From Patescibacteria group bacterium (GTDB lineage: Bacteria; Patescibacteriota; Saccharimonadia; Saccharimonadales; CAIOMD01): a stretch of DNA of 64,000 nucleotides. The stretch covers positions 47,895 through 111,894 of the forward strand of contig DATKGW010000012.1 in assembly GCA_035510605.1 (NCBI GenBank), written 5' to 3'. A program made the translations under genes and the position numbers. The notes below the pieces were generated by a model, which was not told the DNA's origin, searched no databases, and worked only from the letters and a program-made list of their open reading frames with translations. Of this stretch, positions 19,751-31,068 are shown piece after piece (the stretch's first letter is position 1; every line of letters starts with the position of its first letter).

Positions 19751-21210
19751 TGGTTAACTCCGAGTTGTTTTTTAATAAGATTTTCTACAATTTTAGGGTT
19801 AGCCCGGCCACCGCTATTTTTCATAACCTGACCGACTAGAAAACCTATGGCTTTAGTCTGACCTTGGCGGACATCATCAGCCGCTTTTTGGTTTTCGCCT
19901 AAAACCTGCTCGATAATTAAAGCCAATTCGCCTTCGTCCGAAACCTGTAGAAAACCCAACTCCACAGCTACTTTTCTGGGGTCCGTATTTTTATTAACCA
20001 CTATACTAAGCACCGCTTTGGCAGCGCTGGAACTTAAATCACCGCCGTCAACCATAGCTGCTAGTTCAATTAAGTAGTCGAGCGATTGTTTAACTTGGGG
20101 CCAAGTTATAGCCCCGGTAACACTCAAGCGCTGTAACTCACCCAAACACCAATTAGCAATCGTTCGGGTGGTTTTCAGGTCGTGGGCTTCTGTAAGATAA
20201 CGGATTATCTCAGCTAAAATCGGTTCTTCCAATATTGTGTCAATCTGGGCTGAATCCAACCCTATTGAGCCAAACCTTTCCCGCAGCGCCATCGGCAATA
20301 ATGGCATCTCTTCGGCGGCTTTCGCGATCATAGCCTTGGTGATGTTAATCGGTGGAATGTCCGGATCGGGGAAATAGCGGTAGTCGTGGGCTTCTTCTTT
20401 ACTACGCTGGCTGGTAGTTTTTTGTTTGGCCGCATCCCAGCCACGCGTTTCCTGCTTAATGTTTTTACCTTTTTCGAGCATCGCAATCTGGCGTTTTATC
20501 TCAAAATCCACCGCCTTTTCGACACTTCTAAAACTGTTTAAGTTTTTAGTCTCAGAGCGGGTACCTAACTTTTTGAGATCAGAGCTAACACTGACATTAA
20601 CATCAAAACGCATATTGCCATGGTATAAATCGACATCCGACACAGCGGCATATTTCATGATCAAGTACAGTTCATGGGCAAAAGCCCGGGCTTCGGCAGC
20701 GCTGTGGATATCCGGCTCAGACACGATTTCTAAAAGCGGCGTGCCCGTCCGGTTAAAATCCACCAACGAATAATCGCCACCAGCCGGATGGGTAGTTTTG
20801 CCGGCATCTTCTTCGAGATGGGCTCTGGTAATCCGTACCTTCGTGACAGAACCATCATCCATAAGTATTTCTACTACGCCCTTACCAACAATCGGGCGGT
20901 CATACTGGGAAATTTGATAACCTTTAGGCAGATCAGGGTAAAAATAATGTTTGCGATCAAAATGGCTGATTTCAGCAATCTCAGCCCTAAGCGCCAAGCC
21001 TGCCCGGATTGTTAGATTTACAGCCTCGGCATTAAGCACCGGTAACGTACCTGGCATACCAACACAAAGCGGACTGATTAAACTGTTCGGTTTGGCTGAT
21101 CGAGCATCATTATCAACGGCAGCAAACAACTTGGTTCGCGTATTCAGCTGCACATGGCATTCGATACCAACAGTTGGATAATATTTTCCGGCAATCAGAT
21201 ATTTATCCAC
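19747..21210 (-). CDS. gatB: Asp/Glu-tRNA amidotransferase subunit B
   Basis: GIECHVQL, FDRKHYFYPDLPKGYQISQ, HLEEDAGK, DYRYFPDPD. Confidence 0.97.
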   Translation of the reverse strand: MDKYLIAGKYYPTVGIECHVQLNTRTKLFAAVDNDARSAKPNSLISPLCVGMPGTLPVLNAEAVNLTIRAGLALRAEIAEISHFDRKHYFYPDLPKGYQISQYDRPIVGKGVVEILMDDGSVTKVRITRAHLEEDAGKTTHPAGGDYSLVDFNRTGTPLLEIVSEPDIHSAAEARAFAHELYLIMKYAAVSDVDLYHGNMRFDVNVSVSSDLKKLGTRSETKNLNSFRSVEKAVDFEIKRQIAMLEKGKNIKQETRGWDAAKQKTTSQRSKEEAHDYRYFPDPDIPPINITKAMIAKAAEEMPLLPMALRERFGSIGLDSAQIDTILEEPILAEIIRYLTEAHDLKTTRTIANWCLGELQRLSVTGAITWPQVKQSLDYLIELAAMVDGGDLSSSAAKAVLSIVVNKNTDPRKVAVELGFLQVSDEGELALIIEQVLGENQKAADDVRQGQTKAIGFLVGQVMKNSGGRANPKIVENLIKKQLGVNQ

Positions 21211-21211
21211 T

Positions 21212-21619
21212 TTAAAATACTCCTAAATCCTTAAAAGCCTTACGATAGTGCTCTAAAGCCAGTTTGACCTCTTTCTCCGAAGGCTCAAACAGTGATTCGT
21301 GAACTAATTTATTGCGTAATTTATGAGCTGCCCATACCCTATCCCTATCCTTAAGATGATTTTTGGCTGACACCAGCCGTTCGGCCATCGTTTCGCCATG
21401 ATAGCCAGAACCCTTTAGAGCTTCATCCAATAACTTATCGGCTTTGATTAAGCACATTGGACGGGTTTTATAATCTTTTTGAAGAGCAATTATATCAGCC
21501 CATTCATTCTTAAAATATTGCTTATCGATACATTTTGGTTTAGCGCGGCCAATTAGGCTGATAAGTACTAATAGAACTACAGCGGCAACAATTATTAATA
21601 TGACGGCTGTCGTGCTCAT
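21212..21619 (-). CDS. Hypothetical membrane-anchored protein inside the gat operon
   Basis: N-terminal TM; ADKLLDEAL..GETMAERL..AHKLRNKLVHE; overlaps the gatA stop. Confidence 0.75.
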   Translation of the reverse strand: MSTTAVILIIVAAVVLLVLISLIGRAKPKCIDKQYFKNEWADIIALQKDYKTRPMCLIKADKLLDEALKGSGYHGETMAERLVSAKNHLKDRDRVWAAHKLRNKLVHESLFEPSEKEVKLALEHYRKAFKDLGVF

Positions 21620-23037
21620 TTAGAAACCTCCTGAAAACACTTTGCTATTGCCATTAGTGGCCTATCGGCTCTTTGCGGGGCCATTAGCTGCAACCCAACC
21701 GGCATGCCGTTAACTTCGCCGGCCGGTACGCTTATTGCCGGAATACCTGTAAGATTAGCTGCAACAGTCATAATGTCTGCCAAATACATCTTTAACGGGT
21801 CACCCACGTTTTCACCCAACTTAAATGCTGTGGTTGGAGCCGTCGGACCTACTAAGAAATCAACATCTTTAAAGACACCATTAAATTCATTTATTAGTTT
21901 AGTGCGCACGGTTTGAGCTCTTTTGTAGTAGGCATCGTAGTAACCACTACTAAGCACATAAGTACCAATCATAATTCGGCGCTTGTTTTCGGCTTCAAAA
22001 CCTAGTTCACGAGCTTTTTCGTAACTCTCATCCAGATCTTTGGCATCTTTTATTGCCAATCCGTATCGTTGGCCGTCATAACGACTTAAGTTGCTGCTAA
22101 CCTCTGCCGGCACGATAATGTAGTAGCAAGCCAGAGCCAAATCTATCGATGGTAAACTGACCTCTTTTATTTCGGCGCCGGCTTTTTGCAATTTTTTGAT
22201 AGAAGTTTCTACGATTGCCCTAACATTTTTATCAAGTCCTTTGCTAAAATACTCTTTTACGATTCCGATTTTTTTGCCTTTAACGTCTTTGGTAAAGTCC
22301 GAATAATCGGCCTTATCACGCTCAATTGTTGTGCCGTCAAATTTATCACGCCCGCTCATAACTTCTAACACTAATGCGGCATCTTCTACCGTTTTTGCCA
22401 ATGGCCCGATTACGTCGGTAGAACTGGCCATAGCTACAACGCCATAGCGCGAAACAAGGCCATAGGTCGGTTTATACCCAACAACACCGCAGTAGCTGGC
22501 CGGCAAACGGATAGAACCGCCAGTATCGGTACCAAGCGCAAAAGGTGCTAATTCCAACGCTACAGAGGCGCCTGACCCACCGGATGAGCCGCCTGGCACT
22601 CGTGTTTTATCATGCGGGTTCAGCGTTGGGCCAAAGGCACTGTTTTCGGTACTGCTACCATGGGCAAAAGCATCCAAGTTAGCCTTGGCGACAACAATCG
22701 CACCCTCGGCTTCCAGTTTCTCTATAGCCGTTGATTGATAGGGAGCATCAAACGGCTCCAAAATATGGCTGGCAGCCGTAGTCTTGCCGCCAAACGTTAA
22801 AAAGTTATCTTTAGCAATAAAGGGAATACCGGCCAAACGGCCGACTTTTTGGCCCCTCTTTACCTTTTCATCAATTTCTTTGGCACGCTTGCGAGCCCGC
22901 TCCGCCGTAACAGATAAAATCGCATGAAATACTGATTTTTCATCTATTAATTTAAGCGATTTCTCAACTAACTCTTGCGCAGTCAGCTGCCCGGCTTGGA
23001 CTTTTTCGGCTAGTCCGGCAATTGGTTCCCAGCTCAT
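21616..23037 (-). CDS. gatA: Asp/Glu-tRNA amidotransferase subunit A
   Basis: Amidase signature GGSSGGS, GTDTGGSIRLPAS, RRIMIGTYVLSSGYYDAYY. Confidence 0.97.
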   Translation of the reverse strand: MSWEPIAGLAEKVQAGQLTAQELVEKSLKLIDEKSVFHAILSVTAERARKRAKEIDEKVKRGQKVGRLAGIPFIAKDNFLTFGGKTTAASHILEPFDAPYQSTAIEKLEAEGAIVVAKANLDAFAHGSSTENSAFGPTLNPHDKTRVPGGSSGGSGASVALELAPFALGTDTGGSIRLPASYCGVVGYKPTYGLVSRYGVVAMASSTDVIGPLAKTVEDAALVLEVMSGRDKFDGTTIERDKADYSDFTKDVKGKKIGIVKEYFSKGLDKNVRAIVETSIKKLQKAGAEIKEVSLPSIDLALACYYIIVPAEVSSNLSRYDGQRYGLAIKDAKDLDESYEKARELGFEAENKRRIMIGTYVLSSGYYDAYYKRAQTVRTKLINEFNGVFKDVDFLVGPTAPTTAFKLGENVGDPLKMYLADIMTVAANLTGIPAISVPAGEVNGMPVGLQLMAPQRADRPLMAIAKCFQEVSK

Positions 23038-23327
23038 TCGATAATCCTTTTTACTTTAAACTGATGAGCCTCAACGGCAGGCGCATTTTTAAGCAGGTCA
23101 TCCGGGCTGGCTCCATAATCTATTACTTCATCCGGTCTGACAACATTCATTAAACCGGTAACCTGACTGGTTGGCTCCAAACCTTTAATGTCTACTTTTT
23201 GTAGAATCTCGACATAATTCAAAATAGCGCTCAAATCGTTTTGATAGAGCTCAACCTCTTTATCTGTTAGTCTTAGCCGGCACAAGCGGGCGAGCTTGCG
23301 TACATCCGCGCTACTCAGTTTTGTCAT
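23034..23327 (-). CDS. gatC: Asp/Glu-tRNA amidotransferase subunit C
   Basis: VRKLARLCRL, EPT, NVVRPD, LLKNAP; position upstream of gatA. Confidence 0.93.
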   Translation of the reverse strand: MTKLSSADVRKLARLCRLRLTDKEVELYQNDLSAILNYVEILQKVDIKGLEPTSQVTGLMNVVRPDEVIDYGASPDDLLKNAPAVEAHQFKVKRIIE

Positions 23328-23380
23328 TGTTTTTAAGTATACCTCTTGAATTACAACTTCGACAAGCCAGCCTCAAAAAA

Positions 23381-25354
23381 CTATATTTTGGATTTGATGT
23401 CAGCAATCAGATCGCGAAGATCGGCGGCTTTTTCGAACTCCAGGTTGGCGGCGGCCAGTTCCATTTGGGCGCTTAAATCTTTAATAACCGTGGCGTATTC
23501 GTCTTTTGGTATCTTATCGAGGTTGAGCCGGGCGTTTTTAGCCTCTTTGCTCTCGGCACCGACTTCTGCCCGCAATGAATCACCTATCAACTTGGTTATA
23601 CCGGCAGGCGTGATTTTATGCTTGATATTGTAGGCTTCTTGAATTCCGCGGCGGCGATTTGTTTCATCAATTGCCCGCTTCATACTGCCGGTTTCATGAT
23701 CGGCATACATTATTACGCGGCCGTCAATATGTCGGGCTGCCCGGCCGATGGTTTGCACCAGTGCCGGCTCGCTGCGCAAAAAGCCTTCTTTATCGGCATC
23801 CAAAATAGCTACAAGACTAACCTCCGGCAAATCCAATCCTTCGCGCAACAGGTTAATTCCTACCAAAACGTCATATATGCCAAGCCGCAAATCTCTTAAA
23901 ATATCAGTTCTATCAAGCGTATCGACATCACTGTGCAGGTATTGAACTTTTATATTCAGTTCTTCTAGATATTCGGTTAGATCTTCGGCCATTCGTTTGG
24001 TTAGGGTTGTGACCAACACACGCTGGTGTTTTTCGACTCTGTCGCGGATTTCGGCGATTAAATCATCAATCTGGCCGTCAATCGGCCTAACTTCCACTTT
24101 AGGGTCAAGCAACCCGGTCGGGCGGATAACCTGTTCAATCGGCTTTGGCGATCGGCTTAGCTCATATTCTGACGGCGTAGCCGACATATAAACAACCTGG
24201 TTCACATGTCTTTCGAACTCACTAAAATTAAGCGGCCGGTTATCCAGCGCGCTAGGCAAACGAAAGCCGTATTCTACCAAAACTTCTTTGCGGGCTCGGT
24301 CACCGTTGTACATACCACGGACTTGCGGAATTGTCATATGGCTCTCATCTATCATCATCAAGTAATCATCCGGAAAATAATCCAGTAGTGTGGCCGGTTG
24401 CTCGCCGGCTTCGCGGTTGGTTAAATAGCGGCTGTAATTTTCTATTCCTTTAACAAAGCCGGTTTCGGCCATCATTTCCAAGTCAAATTTCGTCCTCTGA
24501 GCTAATCTTTCGGCCTCTAGCAGCAAACCTTTGGATTTAAAAAACTTCAGCCGTTGTTCTAATTCTTGCTCAATTTTACCCAAGGCCTGTTGCAGCTTTT
24601 CGTTTGGAGTAACAAAGTGGCTGCCAGGGAAAATCGTAACCTGGTTTAATTTGGCTTCGATTTCACCGGTTAAGGGGTTAATGCGGGTGATCCGTTCTAC
24701 CTCGTCACCATCAAATTCAATTCGATAAGCAGTCTCCTCGCCAGCCGGGCAAACATCAACTACATCGCCTTTAACCCTAAAGTTGCCTCGGCTAAAAGCC
24801 ATATCATTGCGATGATACTGGATATCTGTTAATCGGCGGATAAATTTATCCCTTAAACTTCTGGTACCGGCTTTTACTGTCACTGCCATCGAACCATAAT
24901 CTTCTACCGAACCAATGCCGTAAATGCAACTAACACTGGCGACAATCAAAACATCTTTGCGGGTTAATAAAGAATCGGTGGCGGCGTGGCGAAGACGGTC
25001 AATTTCTTCGTTTATGGCACTGTCTTTTTCTATATATGTGTCACTGCGGGCAATATAAGCTTCCGGCTGATAGTAATCAAAATAACTGACAAAATAGTGG
25101 ACGGCGTTATCAGGGAAATAATTCTTAAATTCATTGTAAAGCTGGGCTGCCAGCGTTTTGTTATGAGCTAGTACCAGAGTCGGCTTTTGGATTTCGTTAA
25201 CCACATTGGCCATGGTAAAAGTCTTGCCGCTACCGGTAACACCTAATAAGACTTGGTTTTTTTCTCCAGCATTTAACCCGGCGACCAAGGCATCAATAGC
25301 GTCTGGCTGGTCACCAGTCGGCTTGTACTCTGTATGTAACTTAAATTTTGTCAC
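23381..25354 (-). CDS. uvrB: Excinuclease ABC subunit B
   Basis: [26 protein letters not shown]-terminal UVR domain. Confidence 0.98.
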   Translation of the reverse strand: MTKFKLHTEYKPTGDQPDAIDALVAGLNAGEKNQVLLGVTGSGKTFTMANVVNEIQKPTLVLAHNKTLAAQLYNEFKNYFPDNAVHYFVSYFDYYQPEAYIARSDTYIEKDSAINEEIDRLRHAATDSLLTRKDVLIVASVSCIYGIGSVEDYGSMAVTVKAGTRSLRDKFIRRLTDIQYHRNDMAFSRGNFRVKGDVVDVCPAGEETAYRIEFDGDEVERITRINPLTGEIEAKLNQVTIFPGSHFVTPNEKLQQALGKIEQELEQRLKFFKSKGLLLEAERLAQRTKFDLEMMAETGFVKGIENYSRYLTNREAGEQPATLLDYFPDDYLMMIDESHMTIPQVRGMYNGDRARKEVLVEYGFRLPSALDNRPLNFSEFERHVNQVVYMSATPSEYELSRSPKPIEQVIRPTGLLDPKVEVRPIDGQIDDLIAEIRDRVEKHQRVLVTTLTKRMAEDLTEYLEELNIKVQYLHSDVDTLDRTDILRDLRLGIYDVLVGINLLREGLDLPEVSLVAILDADKEGFLRSEPALVQTIGRAARHIDGRVIMYADHETGSMKRAIDETNRRRGIQEAYNIKHKITPAGITKLIGDSLRAEVGAESKEAKNARLNLDKIPKDEYATVIKDLSAQMELAAANLEFEKAADLRDLIADIKSKI

Positions 25355-25412
25355 TTTAATAGTATAGAGTAAGTTTCATCTCTTGGGACGTAAAAATTTT
25401 ACAAATACAGAT

Positions 25413-26021
25413 TTAGCCGGCACGCATAGGCGGATCGGTAACGAACCATTGGTTAGCTAGAGCTGTAGTGTCAATACCTTTATTATGCTCATCCAGCATC
25501 TTAATAATCTCGGTTATTAAGCGCTCCGGATTATCATCAAAAACAATCATATGTTTGTGGTTTCGGCCCAGTTTATCTATCAGTTCCGGAATTTCATCGG
25601 CCGCACCGCCGCTACCAGTTAGTACACCGCAGGGCATATTGGATTCCAGGGCAGTAGAAAATTCATGCAAACTGCCGAACCGGCCGCCAACCGTCACCAA
25701 CGCATCACTGGATTGGACTAAATAAACATCTCGGCCGACATAATTTAGCCCCGTAAAATTAATATAGTCGTACATACCAATCGGTAAACGATATTTATGA
25801 ACATGCTCAAGTAAGCTAGAGGCTGGAGAAAACCCAATGCTCATACCTCCGGCAAGGTGAGCCGCACGGGCAGCAAAAAAGGGCAAACCAACCGTGGCAC
25901 CGGTCGTTAAAATATTCTTTGATTTGGCAACGGCCACGCCTAATCGCTCAGCCAGTTCGTGGTCTCTTTTAACCGTTTCACCACCTGCAGCCCCGGAAAC
26001 ACATATCGAATATTTCATCAA
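25413..26021 (-). CDS. SLOG/LOG-family (TIGR00725-like) nucleotide-binding protein
   Basis: ICVSGAA, TTGATVGLP, IGFSP, GRDVYLVQSSDA, GGRFGSLHEF. Confidence 0.8.
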   Translation of the reverse strand: MMKYSICVSGAAGGETVKRDHELAERLGVAVAKSKNILTTGATVGLPFFAARAAHLAGGMSIGFSPASSLLEHVHKYRLPIGMYDYINFTGLNYVGRDVYLVQSSDALVTVGGRFGSLHEFSTALESNMPCGVLTGSGGAADEIPELIDKLGRNHKHMIVFDDNPERLITEIIKMLDEHNKGIDTTALANQWFVTDPPMRAG

Positions 26022-27277
26022 AATCCCCGAGAATGTATATTTGTTTGAATGGTTTCGGGTGCGATCATATCATTATCAAGCTGCTTCAATACTTGCTGCT
26101 CCAAAGTTTTTTCGCCCATGTAACGCTCAAAAAGTTCGTTCCAAAGGCTTTCGCGAAAATGAAAGTAAACCCTATCTTTAAACTCCAGGTTATTACAATA
26201 ATTGGTCGCTATATCCATTAAATTAAGGCTGACCGGCTTACCCTCGCTCATCACACCGACATAATCCAAATCGCGCCACCAGTTAAGGCTATTGTCTATC
26301 TTAAAAAGCATGTTTTCGGCCTTACGCCAATGCAGATCCTCCGGCTGGACATGCGGTTCAAACACTTCCGGGTGGTTTTCGCTCTTAAGTTTGCCAAAAT
26401 AACGGTTAATGATTCGCCAGTGGATTTTTTGCCCGGCCATAACGGCTGCTTCGGCTCGGTCGGCGTTAAGAGTATTTACCACCAGCTTGCCAAAATCCGG
26501 CCTGACTTGCTGCAACTTAAAGTAAGTGCTGTAAAGCCTGATTTCGTTTATGTAATGAAAAATAAGCAGCATATCAAAAATAGTGACCCCCGGAATCCTC
26601 TCTTGTGGGGTAGGTAAAATGATGATTGCACCAAGCTCCTTCAGGTGGGTCAGATTGTGCTTTTTCTTGGCAATAAAACCGGCAGTGGCATCACCCCAGC
26701 GGTTTTTTGGCATAATGACGATTTCTATGTCACGGCTTTCAAAATCTGATGGTTTTAGAGTTTTATAAGTATCGTTAAACTCTTTAAGCCACATCGGGTT
26801 TTCTACAAATCTCAGTGCCCCGTAAATTTCAAATATATTCTCGTTTTTTAGCATGCTGTCGATGCTTTTATAGTTTAGCCGTTTCATGATGTTTGGTGGT
26901 GGTAATTTGCGCAAAAATTCTTTGGCCACGCTCTTTTTTAGCACCCAACACTTGTGGTTAATTTTGGCTTTTTCGGCTACTTTTTTAATTAGCGGCATGA
27001 TAGTATCTACATCTTGGCTATCTGTTACGCCAATCATCTTACAAAAACTTTCATCATCTTTCTTTAACCGGCTAAGTAAAGCATGGTACAGCTCTTTGCC
27101 TGTTGTGTCGTTTACATCAAGTCCCAAATCTCGTGTTTTAAGCTGTATAAGGCCAATAATCTCAGCAGTCAAACGGACATCAATCCCCTGCTTGCCTGTT
27201 ACATCCTCCAGTTGTTTTACGCTTAAACTAAACAATGGTTCATTGGCGCCCAAAAGTTCAGATATAATTCGTGACAT
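26018..27277 (-). CDS. Hypothetical protein (419 aa)
   Basis: Long ORF overlapping the LOG gene start (ATGA); no family recognised. Confidence 0.8.
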   Translation of the reverse strand: MSRIISELLGANEPLFSLSVKQLEDVTGKQGIDVRLTAEIIGLIQLKTRDLGLDVNDTTGKELYHALLSRLKKDDESFCKMIGVTDSQDVDTIMPLIKKVAEKAKINHKCWVLKKSVAKEFLRKLPPPNIMKRLNYKSIDSMLKNENIFEIYGALRFVENPMWLKEFNDTYKTLKPSDFESRDIEIVIMPKNRWGDATAGFIAKKKHNLTHLKELGAIIILPTPQERIPGVTIFDMLLIFHYINEIRLYSTYFKLQQVRPDFGKLVVNTLNADRAEAAVMAGQKIHWRIINRYFGKLKSENHPEVFEPHVQPEDLHWRKAENMLFKIDNSLNWWRDLDYVGVMSEGKPVSLNLMDIATNYCNNLEFKDRVYFHFRESLWNELFERYMGEKTLEQQVLKQLDNDMIAPETIQTNIHSRGF

Positions 27278-27322
27278 ATTTGCTATTACTCTTTGCTTTT
27301 ATCTTAGCATAAGAACTATAAG

Positions 27323-28303
27323 TTATAACTCTTTTACATCTAAGGGCATGTTGTGGATAGCAGCGTCATGAGGTAAAATGCCGGCTTTGGCGCCAACTTT
27401 GGTAACAACACTGGTGGAATTGGCACTGGCAAAAGTAACGGCTCGCTCTAAACTCTCCCCGGCGGCGATTACGGCGGTAAAACCACTGCAAAAAGCATCA
27501 CCCGCCCCTGTCCGATCAGTCACCGGCACTTCTTCGTACATGCCGGCCGCAATAATATGCTGCCTGTCCACCGCTATAGCACCATGAGGACCATCGGTAA
27601 TAACAACATAATTAACCTCTTTATTAGCTAATCGGGCTAATTCCTCTAAAGATTGGCTCCGGTATAGCATGGCGGCTTCCTCTTTATTTAAAGATAAAAT
27701 TGTAACATCTGGCATTAGACTTTTTAGTTTTTCGGGTTGTTTTAGTTCATCTTTGCCGGGGTTCATGGCAATTTTTATGTTATGAGCCTTGGCATAGGCA
27801 AATATAACAGCTAAAGTTTCAAAATTACCAGCCATGGAGGTTAGATAAATCCAGTCGGTTTCTACATCGTTAAAATCTACTTCTTGAATATCAATATGGG
27901 AGCTCGCCCCGCGGAAAGTTAAAATGGTTCGCTCGCCGTTTGGTGCCAATAGCAGGCACGAATAGCCGGTATTTATATCTTTTAAATTAGTTACCAGACT
28001 GGTGTCTACACCGTCTAGATGCAAATCGTCCAAGATGGCTTTGCCGGCGATATCGTTACCGATTTTGCCCATAAACATGCTATGCAAACCGTGGCGGGCA
28101 AATGTCACCGCCCCATTGGTGGCACCCCCACCGGTGCTAAAAACAACTCCTTCGATATCGTTTTTGGAGCCAAGCTGGAATTCTTCTACCTCTTCGCTGT
28201 GTTCTTTTTTAGGAGTAAAAATCTTGCCCTGCAAAAACACATCTTGCACAGCAGCACCGATAGATAAAATCTTTATTTCTTCACGGTGCTTGGGTGTTCC
28301 CAT
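27323..28303 (-). CDS. PfkB/ribokinase-family carbohydrate kinase
   Basis: GGGATNGA, GERTIL, DRTGAGDAF. Confidence 0.92.
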   Translation of the reverse strand: MGTPKHREEIKILSIGAAVQDVFLQGKIFTPKKEHSEEVEEFQLGSKNDIEGVVFSTGGGATNGAVTFARHGLHSMFMGKIGNDIAGKAILDDLHLDGVDTSLVTNLKDINTGYSCLLLAPNGERTILTFRGASSHIDIQEVDFNDVETDWIYLTSMAGNFETLAVIFAYAKAHNIKIAMNPGKDELKQPEKLKSLMPDVTILSLNKEEAAMLYRSQSLEELARLANKEVNYVVITDGPHGAIAVDRQHIIAAGMYEEVPVTDRTGAGDAFCSGFTAVIAAGESLERAVTFASANSTSVVTKVGAKAGILPHDAAIHNMPLDVKEL

Positions 28304-28304
28304 T

Positions 28305-29216
28305 TTAAGGTCTTGCCTTGCCTACCGAATTATAATTTTGGAGCTTGGACTCGACGACTGCTTGAACGGCGCCGTAAACTTGCGGCATCAGTTTTACCAC
28401 GGCGTATTCATCGGGGTTGTCGCGCAGAACTTTTTCTAGAGTCTGCCTAAAAGCTTTGCGCATATCGCTGTTTACGTTAATTTTAGTCACACCAATCCGC
28501 ACCGCTTCTACAAAAAAGTGTCCCGGCGTATCGCTGCCACCGTGCAAACTGATGTTGCAATCCAGTGCTTTGCGTACTTGTTCTAATAAATTAAGATCCA
28601 ATATTTTTGGCACCGGATAATTGCCATGCAAATTACCCACCGCAGCCGCAAAAGTGTCGATTCCGGTAGCCTCTACAAAGTGTTTAGCCTCGCGTGGGTC
28701 AGTAAAGGTCTTTTTAATCTCTTCGTAATCGAATGCTTCTTTAAAAACGTTGCTGCCACCGCCAAAATAATGCGGCTCGCCCTCTACCAGCGCACTGGTA
28801 AATTTGGCGTATTCTACGACTTCTTTTGTAGCATTAATTATTTCGGCATCGGTGGCATCATGCTTGGCCTGGCTTAAATCTATGTGAATAAATTCAAAAC
28901 CGGCATCAATGCCGGCTTTAGACGCTTCGACACTCGGGCAGTGATCCAAATTAATGTACATTTCAATCCCGAACTCAGCCCGGTAGTTGTCTACCATATC
29001 GCGGATATTATCTAGGCCCATGGCTTCAACTTCGCCCTGACTTACCTCTACCATTACCGGAGCCTGCATTTTTTGAGCAGCCTTGGATACTGCAATTAAA
29101 GTTTCTTGGTTGTCGATATTAAAAGCGCCAATGGCATAGTGGCCGGATCTAGCCCGTTCGTAGCTTTCGCGGGCGGCCAAGCAATTTGCCCTGATTTGTT
29201 TTATAGATAATGCCAC
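28305..29216 (-). CDS. fba: Class II fructose-bisphosphate aldolase
   Basis: AIGAFN, LDH, VEGE, AVGNLHG, LHGGS, KINVNS. Confidence 0.9.
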   Translation of the reverse strand: MALSIKQIRANCLAARESYERARSGHYAIGAFNIDNQETLIAVSKAAQKMQAPVMVEVSQGEVEAMGLDNIRDMVDNYRAEFGIEMYINLDHCPSVEASKAGIDAGFEFIHIDLSQAKHDATDAEIINATKEVVEYAKFTSALVEGEPHYFGGGSNVFKEAFDYEEIKKTFTDPREAKHFVEATGIDTFAAAVGNLHGNYPVPKILDLNLLEQVRKALDCNISLHGGSDTPGHFFVEAVRIGVTKINVNSDMRKAFRQTLEKVLRDNPDEYAVVKLMPQVYGAVQAVVESKLQNYNSVGKARP

Positions 29217-29224
29217 TTTGCCCC

Positions 29225-30214
29225 TTATTGTTTACCGATTGATGTTAAAAGCTCGTGAGCCGTAACAATAATATTTTTAGCTGTCAGCCCAAAGTGCTCC
29301 AAAAGCTCATCCGGGTGGCCGCTTTCACCAAAACGGTCTTTTATTCCCATACGGCGCATCGGTGTCGGGCATTCTTCTGCCAAAACTTCTGCCACTGCTC
29401 CGCCGAGGCCCCCGGCTATCTGATGTTCTTCTATTGTAATAACGGCACCGGTTTTTTTAGCGCTTTCACAGATAGTTATAGCGTCTATTGGCTTTATAGT
29501 TGGCACATGTACAACCTCAGCATCTATGCCGTCTTTAAACAGTTTGTCGGCAGCCATTAATGCCGGGTGAGTCATGGTGCCGGTAGCAATAATTGTAATG
29601 TCACGCCCAGATTCTAAAACATAGGCTTTGCCGATTTCAAAAGGCGTATCTTTGGTGGTAAATACCGGCGAGGCAATCCGCGCCAAGCGCAAATAACAGG
29701 GGCGCTTTTCTTTGGCGATGGCCAGCGTTGCCTTTTCGGCCTCTACACTATCACCCGGCACAACAACTACCATGTTAGGTAAAACGCGCATTAATGCGAT
29801 ATCTTCCAGCGCTTGGTGAGTGGCGCCGTCTTCGCCGGTGTATAAACCGGCGTGGCCGCCAATAATTTTAACCGGCTGGTTGTTTAGGCAAACCGTGGTG
29901 CGGATTTGTTCCCAGTTGCGCCCGGGGTTAAAGGCGGCGTAGCTGCCGACAAACGGTATTTTTCCCATGGCGGCTAAACCCGATCCAACGGTTACCAGGT
30001 TTTGCTCGGCAATGCCGACTTCAAAAAACCTATCGGGGAAACTATCACGGAATAAGTGCATTTGCACGCTCTCTGTTAAATCGGCACACAGGGCAACAAC
30101 CCTATCATCCAACTCACCAGCTTTTTTTAAGCCTTCGCCAAAGCCTTTGCGGATTGGCACCATCTCTACATCTTTAGACAGATATTTGGCTAGGTATAGT
30201 TCTGGCTTACTCAT
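29225..30214 (-). CDS. Transketolase, C-terminal subunit
   Basis: GIAEQN, GEDGATHQALED, YLRLAR, EEHQIAGGLG. Confidence 0.93.
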   Translation of the reverse strand: MSKPELYLAKYLSKDVEMVPIRKGFGEGLKKAGELDDRVVALCADLTESVQMHLFRDSFPDRFFEVGIAEQNLVTVGSGLAAMGKIPFVGSYAAFNPGRNWEQIRTTVCLNNQPVKIIGGHAGLYTGEDGATHQALEDIALMRVLPNMVVVVPGDSVEAEKATLAIAKEKRPCYLRLARIASPVFTTKDTPFEIGKAYVLESGRDITIIATGTMTHPALMAADKLFKDGIDAEVVHVPTIKPIDAITICESAKKTGAVITIEEHQIAGGLGGAVAEVLAEECPTPMRRMGIKDRFGESGHPDELLEHFGLTAKNIIVTAHELLTSIGKQ

Positions 30215-31061
30215 GTTCGCTCCTTATACGTCCTTGCAAAGTGCGCAGTTCGTGCAGAGCCTTCATGGCTTGCTCGTGGTTAGGCGCTACGCCGTGCCAG
30301 TGAAAATCGTATTCCATAAAATCTACGCCTTTGCCGGGTATGGTGTGGGCAATAATCATCACCGGTTTTTCTACAATTGCCCGGGCCATGGCGCAAGCGT
30401 CAATAATTGCTTCTATATCGTTGCCGTCAATCTCCAGCACGTGCCAGCCAAAAGCTTCCCATTTTAGTCTCAAATCTTCTAGTGGCACCACCGATTCTGT
30501 GGGGCCGTCTATTTGGATGTTGTTGCGGTCTATAATGCCGACAATATTGTGCAGATCGTATTTACTGGCCAGCATGGCTGCTTCCCAGTTGTTACCTTCG
30601 TCCAGTTCGCCGTCGCCCATTACTACATAAATCCAGCGGTGCAGCTGCTTGTTTAGCCTTAAGCCCAGTGCCATGCCGATTGCCTGGCTTAAACCGCAGC
30701 CCAAGGGGCCACTGGTAGTTTCCAGCCCGGGTAATTTGGTGCGCTCGGGGTGGCCTTGTAAACGGGAGCCTAACTGGCGCAGAGTTTGCAGCTCGGTTTT
30801 GCTAAAATAACCGGCTTCTGCCATGGCAGCATAACGCACCGGCACACAGTGTCCGTTGCTTAAAACCAAAATATCGCGCTCGTCCCAATCTGGGTTCTTT
30901 GGATCGTGCTTTAAAACGCTAAAATATAGAGCCGTAAAAACATCTGCCAAGCCCATCGGACCGGCACTATGGCCGCTACCGGCAGTTTCTAGCATGCTGA
31001 TAATATCCTTGCGGATGGTGCAGGCAATTTGCTCAAGTTCTTCTAAAGTATAGGTTTTCAT
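30207..31061 (-). CDS. Transketolase, N-terminal (TPP-binding) subunit
   Basis: SGHSAG, LSNGH, LQGHP, GDGELDEG, HTIPGKG. Confidence 0.93.
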   Translation of the reverse strand: MKTYTLEELEQIACTIRKDIISMLETAGSGHSAGPMGLADVFTALYFSVLKHDPKNPDWDERDILVLSNGHCVPVRYAAMAEAGYFSKTELQTLRQLGSRLQGHPERTKLPGLETTSGPLGCGLSQAIGMALGLRLNKQLHRWIYVVMGDGELDEGNNWEAAMLASKYDLHNIVGIIDRNNIQIDGPTESVVPLEDLRLKWEAFGWHVLEIDGNDIEAIIDACAMARAIVEKPVMIIAHTIPGKGVDFMEYDFHWHGVAPNHEQAMKALHELRTLQGRIRSEHE

Positions 31062-31068
31062 TTAAAGG

